Shown: one piece after another, positions 37,550 to 52,000 of the stretch
How positions within the stretch are numbered: position 1 is the first letter of the stretch
How the letters are laid out: the number at the start of each line of letters is the position of its first letter
From: Acidimicrobiales bacterium
GTDB lineage: Bacteria; Actinomycetota; Acidimicrobiia; Acidimicrobiales; SHLQ01
Assembly (NCBI GenBank): GCA_051011595.1
Contig: JBPCTQ010000377.1
Span: forward strand, 1 to 56,548
Direction of reading: 5' to 3'
DNA: 56,548 nucleotides
The notes under the pieces: model-generated
What the model was told of the DNA's origin: nothing
Seen by the model: only the letters and a program-made list of their open reading frames with translations
The model's database searches: none
Made by a program: the position numbers and the translations under genes

Positions 37550-38305
37550 TCAGCCCTTGGCCTGGTTGGCCACGGCTTCGGCGGCCGCAGCCGCGGCCTC
37601 GGGATCGAGGGCGCGCGCCAGTGTGGGCATCTCGGTGACGGGGGTGAAATCGGCGCCGAGCTCGTAGCGGATGGGCATGCCGGTGGGGATGTTGAGCGCC
37701 GCGATGTCGTCGTCGCTGATGTTGTCGAGGTGTTTGGCCAGGCCTCGCAGTGAGTTGCCGTGGGCCGCCACCAACACCGTCCGGCCGGCGGCCAGGTCGG
37801 GGATGACGGCGTCGTACCAGTAGGGGAGCATGCGCTCGACCACGTCGGCCAGGCATTCGGCCCGGGGTAGCAGTTCGGCCGGCAGCGTGGCGTAGGCCGG
37901 TGTCACGTTGGGGTTGTAGGGGTTGTCGTCGGTGATGTCGGGCGGCGGTGTGTGGTAGCCGCGGCGCCAGGCATTGAGCTGTTCCTCGCCGTGGCGGGCC
38001 AGGGTCTCGGCCTTGTCGAGCCCGGTGAGGTCGCCGTAGTGGCGCTCGTTGAGCCGCCAGCTGCGCCGGACCGGAATCCAGATCCGGTCCATGGCTTCGA
38101 GACAGAGGTTGGCCGTGATGATGGCCCGCTTCTGCAGCGATGTGTGGACGACGTCAGGGGTGATGCCGGCAGCATCGAGGACTCGGGCGCTGTCGAGTGC
38201 CTCGGCCCGACCCTGCTCGGTGAGCTCCACGTCGTACCAGCCGGTGAACTGGTTCGACTTGTTCCACTCACTCTGGCCATGGCGGAGAAGGATCAGCGTC
38301 GACAT
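37550..38305 (-). CDS. gpmA: 2,3-bisphosphoglycerate-dependent phosphoglycerate mutase
   Basis: [41 protein letters not shown]. Confidence 0.96.
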   Translation of the reverse strand: MSTLILLRHGQSEWNKSNQFTGWYDVELTEQGRAEALDSARVLDAAGITPDVVHTSLQKRAIITANLCLEAMDRIWIPVRRSWRLNERHYGDLTGLDKAETLARHGEEQLNAWRRGYHTPPPDITDDNPYNPNVTPAYATLPAELLPRAECLADVVERMLPYWYDAVIPDLAAGRTVLVAAHGNSLRGLAKHLDNISDDDIAALNIPTGMPIRYELGADFTPVTEMPTLARALDPEAAAAAAEAVANQAKG

Positions 38306-38373
38306 GGCTGCGACGGTACCAAGCCGGCCCGGGGGTGGGGCACCCGGGAACCAAGATGAATCCGGCGGAGGAA

Positions 38374-38403
38374 GTTGTCAATCACGCACTCAGGTTTTAT
38401 CCT
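38374..38403 (+). promoter_or_regulatory. dnaK promoter with HAIR-like (HspR) operator
   Basis: TTGTCA-N17-TATCCT overlapping GTTGTCA-N7-ACTCAGG (HAIR consensus CTTGAGT-N7-ACTCAAG). Confidence 0.75.
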
Positions 38404-38492
38404 TGTTTATCACGTAGGAAAGTCGGTGATGCCGTCTGGGTTCCCTAGCCTGGCCTACGAATCCACCCCCGTACTCTCCAGGAGCAGGTTTC

Positions 38493-40324
<1,832 letters not shown>

Positions 40325-40328
<4 letters not shown>

Positions 40329-40906
40329 CCGCCGACGTCGACGACGACGGCGCCATCGACGAGCCCACGCCCGAGCCGACCCCCGATCCCACCCAGCTCG
40401 GCGACGCCGAGATCGACACTGATCCCGACCCCACCGACGCGGTGGTGATGGCCCCCGAGTCCATGGAGGCCGAGCTCGAGCGACTCATCGGTGATGTCGA
40501 ACGACTCAGCGCCGAGCGCGATCAACACCTCGACGAGGCTCGTCGACTGGCCGCCGAGTTCGCCAACTTCCGCAAACAAACCGACAAACGCCATGCCGAG
40601 ATGGCCGGTCAGGCCGGGGCGGGTTTGCTGGAGCGGCTGTTGCCGGTGCTCGATGCCTGCGACAGCGCGGCCCAGCAGGGAGCCGACGACGTGGTGCCCA
40701 TCCGCGACATGTTCCGCGACTTCCTCGGCAACGAGGGTCTCGCCATCGTCGACGAGATCGATGCCCCGTTCGACCCCCTGGTCCACGAGGCCGTGCTGCG
40801 TGAGGAAGGTGATCCCGACCAACAGGTGGTCACCGAGATCCTGCGCAGCGGGTATGTGCTCAACGGCCGGGTCCTGCGGGCCGCCATGGTCAAGGTCCGG
40901 GGCTGA
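40325..40906 (+). CDS. grpE: Nucleotide exchange factor GrpE
   Basis: [38 protein letters not shown]. Confidence 0.96.
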
Positions 40907-40957
40907 CCCGACCCCATCACCCATCAACAACGCGCCGAGAGAGAGGAGGCGAGACCC

Positions 40958-42073
40958 ATGGACATCCCCAGGGAATGGATGGAGAAGGACTACTACGACG
41001 TGCTCGGGGTCTCCGAGAACGCCTCGTCCAAGGAGATCACCAAGCAGTACCGGAAGCTCGCCCGCCAGTTCCACCCCGACGCCAACCCCGATGACGCCAA
41101 GGCCGAGGCCCGCTTCAAGGACGTGTCCGCGGCCTACGACGTGATTGGCGACGAGGACAAACGCGAGCAGTACGACGAAGCCCGCCGACTGGGTCCCATG
41201 GCCGGCGGCTTCGGTGGACCGGGCCCGGGTGGCGCCGGCGGTGTGCCCTTCGACGTGGGTGGTATGGGCGGGCTGGGCGACATCTTCGGCAACCTGTTCG
41301 GTGGTGGCGGCCGCGGCGGGGGCCAGGGTCCCCAGGTCGGTCACGATCTCGAAGCCGAGCTGCACCTGTCGTTTCTCGATGCCGTGCAGGGGGTCACCAC
41401 CACGGTGCACCTCACCAGCGACGCCGCCTGTGAGACGTGCAAGGGCACCGGCTCGCGTCCGGGCACCAGCCCGACCCGTTGCGCCACCTGCGCGGGGCGG
41501 GGCGCCATCGACGACAACCAGGGCCCGTTCTCGTTCAGCCGCCCGTGTCCCGACTGTGGCGGGGCCGGATCGGTCATCACCGATCCTTGTGGCACCTGCC
41601 GAGGCAGTGGTGTCGAGCGCCGTCCCCGGGCGGTCAAGGTTCGGATCCCACCCGGGGTCGACACGGGCAAGAAGATCCGACTGAAGGGCAAAGGAACACC
41701 GGGGCGCAACGGAGGCCCGGCCGGCGACCTCTACGTGCGGGTCATCGTCGATCCCCACGAGCTGTTCGGACGCAAGGGAAACCACCTCACGCTCACCGCA
41801 CCGGTCACGTTCTCCGAGGCAGCCCTGGGCGCCGAGATCACCGTGCCCACCTTGCTCGACGGGTCGGTCACCCTGCGCATCCCGGCCGGCACCCCCAGCG
41901 GCAAGACCTTCCGGGTCAAGGGCCGCGGTGTCCATGCCGGCAAGACCGGCGACCTCCTGGTCACCGTCGAGGTCCAGGTCCCCACCGAACTGAGCGACCG
42001 CGAACGCGAAGCGGTCGAGGCTCTGGCCGCCGCCGGCGACGGCAGCCCTCGGCGCCACCTGGGGGTCACGTGA
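40958..42073 (+). CDS. dnaJ: Chaperone DnaJ
   Basis: J-domain HPD, G/F region, four CxxCxGxG repeats. Confidence 0.97.
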   Translation: MDIPREWMEKDYYDVLGVSENASSKEITKQYRKLARQFHPDANPDDAKAEARFKDVSAAYDVIGDEDKREQYDEARRLGPMAGGFGGPGPGGAGGVPFDVGGMGGLGDIFGNLFGGGGRGGGQGPQVGHDLEAELHLSFLDAVQGVTTTVHLTSDAACETCKGTGSRPGTSPTRCATCAGRGAIDDNQGPFSFSRPCPDCGGAGSVITDPCGTCRGSGVERRPRAVKVRIPPGVDTGKKIRLKGKGTPGRNGGPAGDLYVRVIVDPHELFGRKGNHLTLTAPVTFSEAALGAEITVPTLLDGSVTLRIPAGTPSGKTFRVKGRGVHAGKTGDLLVTVEVQVPTELSDREREAVEALAAAGDGSPRRHLGVT

Positions 42074-42125
42074 TCGACACGATTCCAACCCAGCGGCGTG
42101 AGACAATGGCCGTGGAGGTGATCGC

Positions 42126-42506
42126 GTGGCATCGATAGGACCCGACCGAGCCGTCTACGTCATCTCCGTCGCCGCCGAGCTGGCTGGTGTGCACCCGCAG
42201 ACCCTTCGTATCTACGAACGCAAGGGGCTGGTCGACCCGGCCCGCACCCAGGGTGGGAGCCGCCGGTACAGCGAGGTCGACATCGACCGACTCCGCCGGA
42301 TCCAGGACCTCACCAACCAGGGACTCAACCTGGCCGGGGTGAAACGGGTGCTCGAGCTCGAGGCCGAGAACGAGGCCCTGCGGGCCGAGCTCATGGCCGT
42401 GGAGGCCGACGCTGCCGATGCGGTCGAAGCCACCCATCGCAAGTATCGCCGCGATCTGGTGCCGGTGAAGCAGAGCATCACGGTCTACAAGCGACCCCGG
42501 CGCTGA
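42126..42506 (+). CDS. hspR: Heat-shock repressor HspR (MerR family)
   Basis: VYVISVAAELAGVHPQTLRIYER.GLV.P.RT.GG.RRYS; follows dnaJ. Confidence 0.95.
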   Translation: MASIGPDRAVYVISVAAELAGVHPQTLRIYERKGLVDPARTQGGSRRYSEVDIDRLRRIQDLTNQGLNLAGVKRVLELEAENEALRAELMAVEADAADAVEATHRKYRRDLVPVKQSITVYKRPRR

Positions 42507-42557
42507 CGTTCGGGCCGGCCGGAACACATCGGGACGCGGGGCGGTTGTACCTACAGC

Positions 42558-43850
42558 ATGTCATCCACCCACATCCCCAACGCGGTGGCCCCGGTCGGCA
42601 CCGCGGAGCGATATCGACAGGTCCGAGATGTCACCGAGCAGCTGGCCCGGCCACTGTCGCCGGAAGACCAGTGTGCGCAGTCGATGGACGATGTCAGTCC
42701 GACCAAATGGCACCGAGCCCACACCACCTGGTTCTTCGAGACCTTCCTGCTGCCCGACCGCGATGGCTACGAGGTGTTCCATCCGGCCTTCGGTTTCTTG
42801 TTCAACAGCTACTACGAAGCCGTCGGCGCCCGGCATGCCCGCGCCGAGCGGGGAGTGGTGACGCGGCCATCGTGTGACGAGGTGGCCGACTATCGGGCCC
42901 ACGTCGACGAGGCCATGGTGGCCATGATCAACGAGGGGCACCTGGAGCACCCGGCCCGGGCCGACCTGCTCGAGTTGGGGCTGCACCACGAACAGCAGCA
43001 TCAAGAGCTGTTGCTGATGGACATCAAGCACGTGTTCTCTCGGTCGATCCTGCACCCGGCCTATCAACCCCACGTCGAACAACCGAGTGATCCGGTGGCC
43101 GATGTGGGGTGGATCGGCTTCGACGGTGGTGTGGTGTCGCTCGGCTGTGATGCGGAGTCGGGTTCCTTCTCCTTCGACAACGAGACTCCTGCCCATCAGG
43201 CGTACGTCGCCCCGTTCGTGATGGCCGACCGCCTCGTCACCAACGGAGAGTGGCTCGAGTTCATCACCGACGGCGGCTACCACGACCCGGCGGTCTGGTT
43301 GTCCGACGGATGGGCGACCATCGTGGGCCAGCGGTGGTCGGCGCCGCTCTATTGGGAACAGCACGACGATGGTTGGTGGCACCACACCCTCACCGGTTTC
43401 CGTCCGGTTGATCCGGCCGAACCGGTGTGTCACGTGAGCTACTACGAAGCCGACGCCTTCGCCCGATGGGCTGGAGCTCGCCTGCCCACCGAGGCCGAAT
43501 GGGAGACCGCGGCCAGCCGATCGGCCAGTCCGTCCGACGCCAATCTGATGGCGCAGGGTCGCTGGCATCCGGCCCCGGCCCCGATCTCGTCGGTCGACCG
43601 CCGCCGGCCCCGCCAGTTGTTCGGTGACGTCTGGGAATGGACCTCGAGCCCCTACCCCGCCTACCCCGGGTTCTCGCCCGCGCCCGGGGCCGTGGGTGAG
43701 TACAACGGCAAGTTCATGGTCAACCAGATGGTGCTGCGGGGCGGCAGCTGCGCCACTCCGCCCGGTCACCTACGAACGACTTACCGCAACTTCTTCCCGC
43801 CGCCGGCTCGATGGGCCTTCAGCGGTGTGCGCCTGGCGGCCGATCGATGA
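42558..43850 (+). CDS. egtB: Ergothioneine biosynthesis sulfoxide synthase EgtB
   Basis: [52 protein letters not shown]. Confidence 0.95.
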   Translation: MSSTHIPNAVAPVGTAERYRQVRDVTEQLARPLSPEDQCAQSMDDVSPTKWHRAHTTWFFETFLLPDRDGYEVFHPAFGFLFNSYYEAVGARHARAERGVVTRPSCDEVADYRAHVDEAMVAMINEGHLEHPARADLLELGLHHEQQHQELLLMDIKHVFSRSILHPAYQPHVEQPSDPVADVGWIGFDGGVVSLGCDAESGSFSFDNETPAHQAYVAPFVMADRLVTNGEWLEFITDGGYHDPAVWLSDGWATIVGQRWSAPLYWEQHDDGWWHHTLTGFRPVDPAEPVCHVSYYEADAFARWAGARLPTEAEWETAASRSASPSDANLMAQGRWHPAPAPISSVDRRRPRQLFGDVWEWTSSPYPAYPGFSPAPGAVGEYNGKFMVNQMVLRGGSCATPPGHLRTTYRNFFPPPARWAFSGVRLAADR

Positions 43851-44836
43851 GCACCCCCGAGTCGCCTCCCCCCGTGTTCGATGTCCACCTCGACGAAGGT
43901 GAGTGGGGCCCGGCCCTGCGGGCCGATGTGCTGCGCGGGCTCACGGCGACACCCAAGGAGCTGCCGCCGAAGTGGTTCTACGACAAGCGGGGCAGTGAGC
44001 TGTTCGACCAGATCACCCGGCTTCCCGAGTACTACCCGACCGAAGCCGAGCGGGAGATTCTCACCAACCGGGCGGCGGCCATCGTCGCCGCTTCGGGGGC
44101 CGACACGCTGGTCGAGCTGGGTTCGGGCACCAGCGACAAGAGTCGGGTGTTGCTCGATGCCATGCGCGACGCCGGCACGTTGGTGCGGTACGTCCCGTTC
44201 GACGTCAGCGAGGCCACGCTGCGCGATGCCGCGGCGGCCCTGTGTGTCGAGTACCCGGGGTTGGGTATCCATGGTGTGGTGGGCGACTTCGACCACCACC
44301 TGTCCGACATCCCGCAGGTGGGCCGTCGTCTCATCGCCTTCCTGGGGAGCACCATCGGCAACTTCGACCCCGAGGCCCGGGCCGCCTTCCTCAGTCGGTT
44401 GGTGGCGGGGATGAACCCCGGTGATGCCCTGCTGTTGGGCAGCGACCTGGTGAAGGACCCGGCCCGGTTGGAGTTGGCCTACGACGATCCCACCGGTGTC
44501 ACCGCGGCCTTCAACAAGAACGTGCTGACGGTGATCAACCGCGAGCTGGGAGCCGACTTCGACCTGGCCGCGTTCAGCCACGTTGCTCGTTTCGACTCCA
44601 CCGGTGAGTACATCGAGATGTTGTTGCGCTCGAGTTGTGATCAGACGGTGCACGTCGACGCGTTGGGGATCGATGTCTCGTTCGCGGCCGGCGAGTTGAT
44701 GCGGACCGAGATCAGCGCCAAGTTCCGGCGCGCGGGCCTGGCCGTCGAGTTCGCCGCGGCCGGCCTCGACCTGCGTGAGTGGTGGACCGACGATGCCGGC
44801 GACTTCGCCGTGTCGTTGGCCGTACGCACCGTCTGA
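43847..44836 (+). CDS. egtD: L-histidine N-alpha-methyltransferase EgtD
   Basis: [38 protein letters not shown]; ATGA overlap with egtB. Confidence 0.95.
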   Translation: MSTPESPPPVFDVHLDEGEWGPALRADVLRGLTATPKELPPKWFYDKRGSELFDQITRLPEYYPTEAEREILTNRAAAIVAASGADTLVELGSGTSDKSRVLLDAMRDAGTLVRYVPFDVSEATLRDAAAALCVEYPGLGIHGVVGDFDHHLSDIPQVGRRLIAFLGSTIGNFDPEARAAFLSRLVAGMNPGDALLLGSDLVKDPARLELAYDDPTGVTAAFNKNVLTVINRELGADFDLAAFSHVARFDSTGEYIEMLLRSSCDQTVHVDALGIDVSFAAGELMRTEISAKFRRAGLAVEFAAAGLDLREWWTDDAGDFAVSLAVRTV

Positions 44837-44899
44837 TCAAACACCTGCGCCGCACTGGGCTCATTGGCAACAGCAGCCCCACGGTGCCCAACGGGCCCG

Positions 44900-44970
44900 T
44901 TTTCCACCATCACCCCCACCTTTCCCCAGACTTTTCCCCACCTTGGTGGTTGTCCCCAGGGTTTTCCGCA
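44900..44970 (+). promoter_or_regulatory. Cluster of five co-oriented degenerate DnaA-box-like 9-mers
   Basis: TTTTCCACC, CTTTCCCCA, TTTTCCCCA, TTGTCCCCA, TTTTCCGCA. Confidence 0.4.
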
Positions 44971-45022
44971 GGTTTTGCCCGTCTTTTCTTTTCTGCCGGA
45001 TCCGTGGACCTCGGGCGGCAAA

Positions 45023-45043
45023 CTTGATATACTCACACTCAGG
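45023..45043 (+). promoter_or_regulatory. HAIR-like (HspR) operator overlapping an extended -10 upstream of clpB
   Basis: CTTGATA-N7-ACTCAGG; TGn-TATACT; right half-site identical to the dnaK site. Confidence 0.75.
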
Positions 45044-45130
45044 TTTCCTGGGTAGAGCGCGTGGGAAGCCAGCTATTGTCGGCACGATCGGCCACTCTGG
45101 ACGGTCGCCACCAATCGAGACAGGAGGGGC

Positions 45131-47605
45131 ATGGATCCCAACCGGTGGACACTCAAGACCCAAGAAGCGGTCTCCCAGGCAAGCGTTGCAGCCCGCCGGG
45201 CCAACCATCCCGAGATCACCCCCGACCACTTGCTGGTGGCCCTGCTCGGCCAGGCCGAGGGAGTGGTGTTGCCCATCCTCCATGCCCTGGGTCAGGACCC
45301 GGTGGCCCTCCGCAACCGGGTCGAGGAATCGCTGTCGGCCCTGCCCACCGCCTACGGGAGCGAAGCCCGGGTGTCTCGTTCGTTCACCGAGCTGCTCGAT
45401 CGAGCCGACCAAGCGCGCGAGGACCTGCACGACGAGTATCTGTCCACCGAACACCTGCTGTTGGTGCTCGCCGATCGCATCGGCGTCGACCGCGAAACCT
45501 TGCTCGGGGCGTTGCGCGACGTGCGCGGTTCGCATCGGGTCACGTCGCAGACACCGGAAGGTCAGTACCAGGCGCTCGAACAGTACGGGCGTGACCTCAC
45601 CGCCGATGCCCGGGCCAACCGCATCGATCCGGTCATCGGCCGAGACAGCGAGATCCGGCGGGTCATTCAGGTCCTGAGTCGGCGCACCAAGAACAACCCG
45701 GTGTTGATCGGTGAACCCGGCGTGGGCAAAACGGCCATCGTCGAGGGGCTGGCGCTGCGTATCGTCGAGGGCGACGTCCCCGAGTCACTCAAGAACAAAC
45801 GGCTCATCGGTCTCGATGTGGGAGCGATGGTGGCCGGTGCCAAGTACCGCGGCGAGTTCGAGGAGCGACTGCAGGCTGTCCTGAAGGAGATCACCGACGC
45901 CGACGGCGAGGTGGTCACGTTCATCGACGAGATGCACACGGTGGTGGGCGCCGGCGGCACCGGAGATGGCGCCATGGACGCGGCCAACATGTTGAAACCC
46001 ATGTTGGCCCGCGGCGAGCTGCGCATGATCGGAGCCACCACCCTCGACGAGTACCGCACCTACATCGAAAAGGACGCCGCCCTCGAACGACGGTTCCAGC
46101 AGGTCATGGTCGAAGAACCGAGCGTCGAGGACTCGGTGGCCATTCTGCGCGGGCTCAAGGAGCGCTACGAGGTCCATCACGGCGTGCGCATCCAGGACGC
46201 CGCCCTCGTGGCCGCCGCCATGATGTCGGACCGCTACCTGACCGGTCGCTTCCTGCCCGACAAGGCCATCGACCTGGTCGACGAGGCCGCGAGCAAGCTG
46301 CGTATCGAAATCGATTCGCTTCCCACCGAGATCGACGTGGTCGAACGCCGCATCCGCCAACTCGAGATCGAGCAGGTCGCCCTGGCCAAGGAGTCCGACG
46401 CCGCCAGCGCCGAACGCCTGGCCGACCTCGAAGCCGAGCTGGCCGATCTGCAGGAAACGCTGTCGGGCATGCTCGTGCACTGGAACAACGAAAAAGAGGC
46501 CATCGCCGGGATCCGCGAGCGCAAGGAAGAGCTGGAGACGTTGCGGGCCGACGTCGAGCGCGAACTCGACCTCGAGAAGGCGGCCGAGATCCGGTTCGGT
46601 CGAATCCCCGATCTCGAAAACCAGATCGAAGAGGCCACCGCCCGGCTGGCCGAACTCCAAGACGGCGACAAGATGTTGAAGGAAGAGGTCGACGAGTCCG
46701 ACGTGGCTGAGGTCGTCAGCGCCTGGACCGGCGTTCCTGTTTCTCGCCTGATGGAGGGTGAGGTCCAGAAGCTCATCCGTCTCGAGGATGTCCTCCACGA
46801 ACGAGTCATCGGCCAGGACGAGGCTGTCGTGGCGGTGGCCAACGCCATCCGTCGCAGCCGCGCCGGCCTGTCGGACCCCCACCGGCCCATCGGCAGCTTC
46901 TTGTTCCTCGGCCCCACGGGTGTGGGCAAGACCGAACTGGCCCGATCGTTGGCCGAGTTCTTGTTCGACGACGAACGATCCATGGTGCGTATCGACATGT
47001 CCGAGTACATGGAGAAACACTCCGTGAGTCGGCTCATCGGTGCCCCGCCCGGCTACGTCGGCCACGACGAGGGCGGCCAGCTCACCGAGGCGGTGCGCCG
47101 TCGCCCGTACGCGGTGGTGCTGCTCGACGAGGTGGAGAAGGCCCACGCCGACGTGTTCGGTGTGCTGCTCCAGCTGCTCGACGACGGCCGGCTCACCGAT
47201 GGGCAGGGTCGCACGGTCGACTTCAGCAACGTGATCTTGATCATGACGTCGAACCTCCGGGGTGAACCGTCGGACTTCTTCCGCCCGGAGTTCATCAACC
47301 GGGTCGACGACATCGTGCGCTTCCGTGCCCTCGAACGCGGCGATCTCGATCACATCGTCGACATCCAACTCGACGTGATGCGGCGTCGGTTGAACGAACG
47401 GCGCATCAGCCTCGAGGTCACCGACGACGCCAGGGCACTGCTCACCGAGCAGGGGTACGACCCGGCCTTCGGGGCTCGACCCCTCAAGCGGGTGATCCAG
47501 CGTGAGATCGGCGATCGGCTCGCAGTGGCGTTGCTCGACGGCACCGTGGTGGAAGGTTCCACGGTGGTGGTCGACGCCGTCGGTGGTGAGATTGCCCTGA
47601 AGTGA
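45131..47605 (+). CDS. clpB: ATP-dependent chaperone ClpB
   Basis: GEPGVGKT and GPTGVGKT Walker A motifs, coiled-coil M-domain, [17 protein letters not shown]. Confidence 0.97.
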   Translation: MDPNRWTLKTQEAVSQASVAARRANHPEITPDHLLVALLGQAEGVVLPILHALGQDPVALRNRVEESLSALPTAYGSEARVSRSFTELLDRADQAREDLHDEYLSTEHLLLVLADRIGVDRETLLGALRDVRGSHRVTSQTPEGQYQALEQYGRDLTADARANRIDPVIGRDSEIRRVIQVLSRRTKNNPVLIGEPGVGKTAIVEGLALRIVEGDVPESLKNKRLIGLDVGAMVAGAKYRGEFEERLQAVLKEITDADGEVVTFIDEMHTVVGAGGTGDGAMDAANMLKPMLARGELRMIGATTLDEYRTYIEKDAALERRFQQVMVEEPSVEDSVAILRGLKERYEVHHGVRIQDAALVAAAMMSDRYLTGRFLPDKAIDLVDEAASKLRIEIDSLPTEIDVVERRIRQLEIEQVALAKESDAASAERLADLEAELADLQETLSGMLVHWNNEKEAIAGIRERKEELETLRADVERELDLEKAAEIRFGRIPDLENQIEEATARLAELQDGDKMLKEEVDESDVAEVVSAWTGVPVSRLMEGEVQKLIRLEDVLHERVIGQDEAVVAVANAIRRSRAGLSDPHRPIGSFLFLGPTGVGKTELARSLAEFLFDDERSMVRIDMSEYMEKHSVSRLIGAPPGYVGHDEGGQLTEAVRRRPYAVVLLDEVEKAHADVFGVLLQLLDDGRLTDGQGRTVDFSNVILIMTSNLRGEPSDFFRPEFINRVDDIVRFRALERGDLDHIVDIQLDVMRRRLNERRISLEVTDDARALLTEQGYDPAFGARPLKRVIQREIGDRLAVALLDGTVVEGSTVVVDAVGGEIALK

Positions 47606-47704
47606 GGGCCGGGTCCCGGGTTGTCGAAAATGACGACGCCGGGGCGCGCGCAGTACCATCGCGAGAGCGGGGCACCCCGGCCTCGGCGTTGGAGGTAAGC
47701 GCAG

Positions 47705-48538
47705 ATGTTGCGAGCTCTGCTCGGCACCATGCATCGACGGATCTTGTTCGCCCTATTGGCCCTGCTGTTGGGTATGGCCGGGTCTGTCGCCGTGTCCAAC
47801 ACGTTGGCGGCCCAGAGTGGGCCGTCCCAGTCGTGTTCGGGCGACTACGTGATCCAGACCGGTAGCAGCCTGTTCGGCGGCACCGGCAACCGGCTCTATT
47901 CGAATACCAACCTGCCCGGCTGGGTGACCTCGCGCACCTACGGGCTGCCCCAGACCATTCCGGCCGGCACCTACGAGGTGTCGGCGGTGGCCTACGACGG
48001 TTATGTCGGCCGCGAGACGGTCTTCCAGGCGAACGAGGTCTGGTTCGCCGAGTTCATCGGCGGTGGAGGCGTGCTGGCCACCACCGGCACCACCGGCGAT
48101 GTCCCCGACGGAGTGACCGAGGCCTTCTGGTCCGGGGGTCTCGGCACCATCACCCTGGCCGCCGACGCCACCCAGTTGACCGCCCGCCACGGTTTTCTCA
48201 CCAATGGAGTGCCCAACTCGGTCGAACCGGTGTGTCTGGGTCTCACCGACGTGACCCCACCTCCGCCGACCACCACCACGCTCACTCCCACCACCACCAC
48301 CACCACCATCGTCTCCACCTCCACCGAGGCGCCGCCCCCCACCACCGATCCGCCGGCACCGCCCCCCACCGATCCGCCGGCGCCCCCGCCGACCGATCCG
48401 CCACCCACCAGCCCACCGGCGCCTCCCACCAGCGTGGGCCCCACCGGTACCGATGAACCCGAGACCCAGGTTCTGGGCGCGGTCGAAGAGGCCGGTGTGG
48501 CCACCGCCGTCGGTGGTGAGCCGGACTTCACCGGCTGA
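47705..48538 (+). CDS. Secreted Pro/Thr-rich protein ending in EPDFTG
   Basis: SD GGAGG; signal peptide; small domain with two Cys; poly-Thr and TDPPAPPP linker. Confidence 0.8.
   Translation: MLRALLGTMHRRILFALLALLLGMAGSVAVSNTLAAQSGPSQSCSGDYVIQTGSSLFGGTGNRLYSNTNLPGWVTSRTYGLPQTIPAGTYEVSAVAYDGYVGRETVFQANEVWFAEFIGGGGVLATTGTTGDVPDGVTEAFWSGGLGTITLAADATQLTARHGFLTNGVPNSVEPVCLGLTDVTPPPPTTTTLTPTTTTTTIVSTSTEAPPPTTDPPAPPPTDPPAPPPTDPPPTSPPAPPTSVGPTGTDEPETQVLGAVEEAGVATAVGGEPDFTG
48344..48409 (+). repeat. 24-bp coding tandem repeat (TDPPAPPP, about 2.7 copies)
   Basis: ACCGATCCGCC recurs at 24-bp spacing. Confidence 0.75.
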
Positions 48539-48635
48539 TCACCAACCACCGACACCACGAGCCGGGGCCGACTCGACCCCCGCACTGAATCCGGGTACGT
48601 GGCCCCTGGTCGGACCGGGTAGGGTCGGACCGTAA

Positions 48636-51174
<2,539 letters not shown>

Positions 51175-51178
<4 letters not shown>

Positions 51179-51630
51179 AGGTCGCCGTACTGATGGGCTC
51201 TCAGAGCGACACCGAGAAGATGGCCAAGGCCGGCGAGACCCTCGCCGAGTTCGGCATCGAGGCCGATGTGAGGGTGTTGTCGGCGCACCGGAACCCCGAC
51301 GAGGTCGTCGCGCTGGCCCGTTCGGCGCGTGCCGAGGGATACGTGGCCTTCATCTGTGGTGCCGGCATGGCTGCCCACCTGGCCGGAGCGGTGGCCGCCA
51401 ACACCACCCTGCCAGTGGTCGGCGTTCCGCTGTCGGGTGGCGCGCTCAACGGTGTTGATGCGCTCTACAGCACCGTGCAGATGCCCAAGGGTATTCCTGT
51501 CGCCACGGTGGCCGTCGACGGATCACAGAACGCGGCGTTGCTCGTGGTGCAGATGATCGCCATCACCGACAGCTACATGGCCGCCAAACTCGAAGCCAAG
51601 CGGATCGAGATGGGAGGCGGTGCTCGGTGA
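51175..51630 (+). CDS. purE: N5-CAIR mutase / AIR carboxylase
   Basis: MGSQSD, SAHR.P, AG.AAHL.G, PVVGVP, VQMPKGIPVATV. Confidence 0.96.
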
Positions 51631-51647
51631 CCGCGCCGGCGCGACGG

Positions 51648-51932
51648 TCAGCCGTCGATGCGCTCGGATTCCTGGCGTTCGTGGCTCTTGAAGCGACGCC
51701 GCCTCGTGAAGATGTTGAGCCTGGCCCGCGATCGCCCGTTGCGGTGAAATCCCAGGACCTTGGCCGCGCAACCGACACACATCGGTTTGCGGTCTCGTCC
51801 GCGTGGGTAGGCCAAGCACTCGGCGCAGTATTCATGCCCGCATCGGGGACACACACCACGAGCAGGCAGGAACCGGTGCTGGGCGCAGCGGCCACTGAGC
51901 TCGGATTCGTTGGTTCGGTGCAGAAGTCCCAT
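51648..51932 (-). CDS. Small B-box-like zinc-finger protein
   Basis: C-x2-H-x8-C-x2-C-x4-C-x2-C-x12-C-x2-C plus basic tail; fills the purE-purB gap on the opposite strand. Confidence 0.7.
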   Translation of the reverse strand: MGLLHRTNESELSGRCAQHRFLPARGVCPRCGHEYCAECLAYPRGRDRKPMCVGCAAKVLGFHRNGRSRARLNIFTRRRRFKSHERQESERIDG

Positions 51933-52000
51933 CAGTGCATTCCATCGGCTCGGGTGGGGTCCTCCTTGAGGAACCACGGCTCCGGGTTCGGTGGCCGGTC

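Noticed and set aside
42558-43850. Selenoneine (SenA) or ovothiol (OvoA) synthase
   Set aside because: It is paired with egtD, has no senB/selD neighbours and no fused methyltransferase.
44900-44995. oriC or MraZ-box array
   Set aside because: No dnaA, dnaN or mraZ nearby, no perfect DnaA box, and GTGG spacing is irregular.
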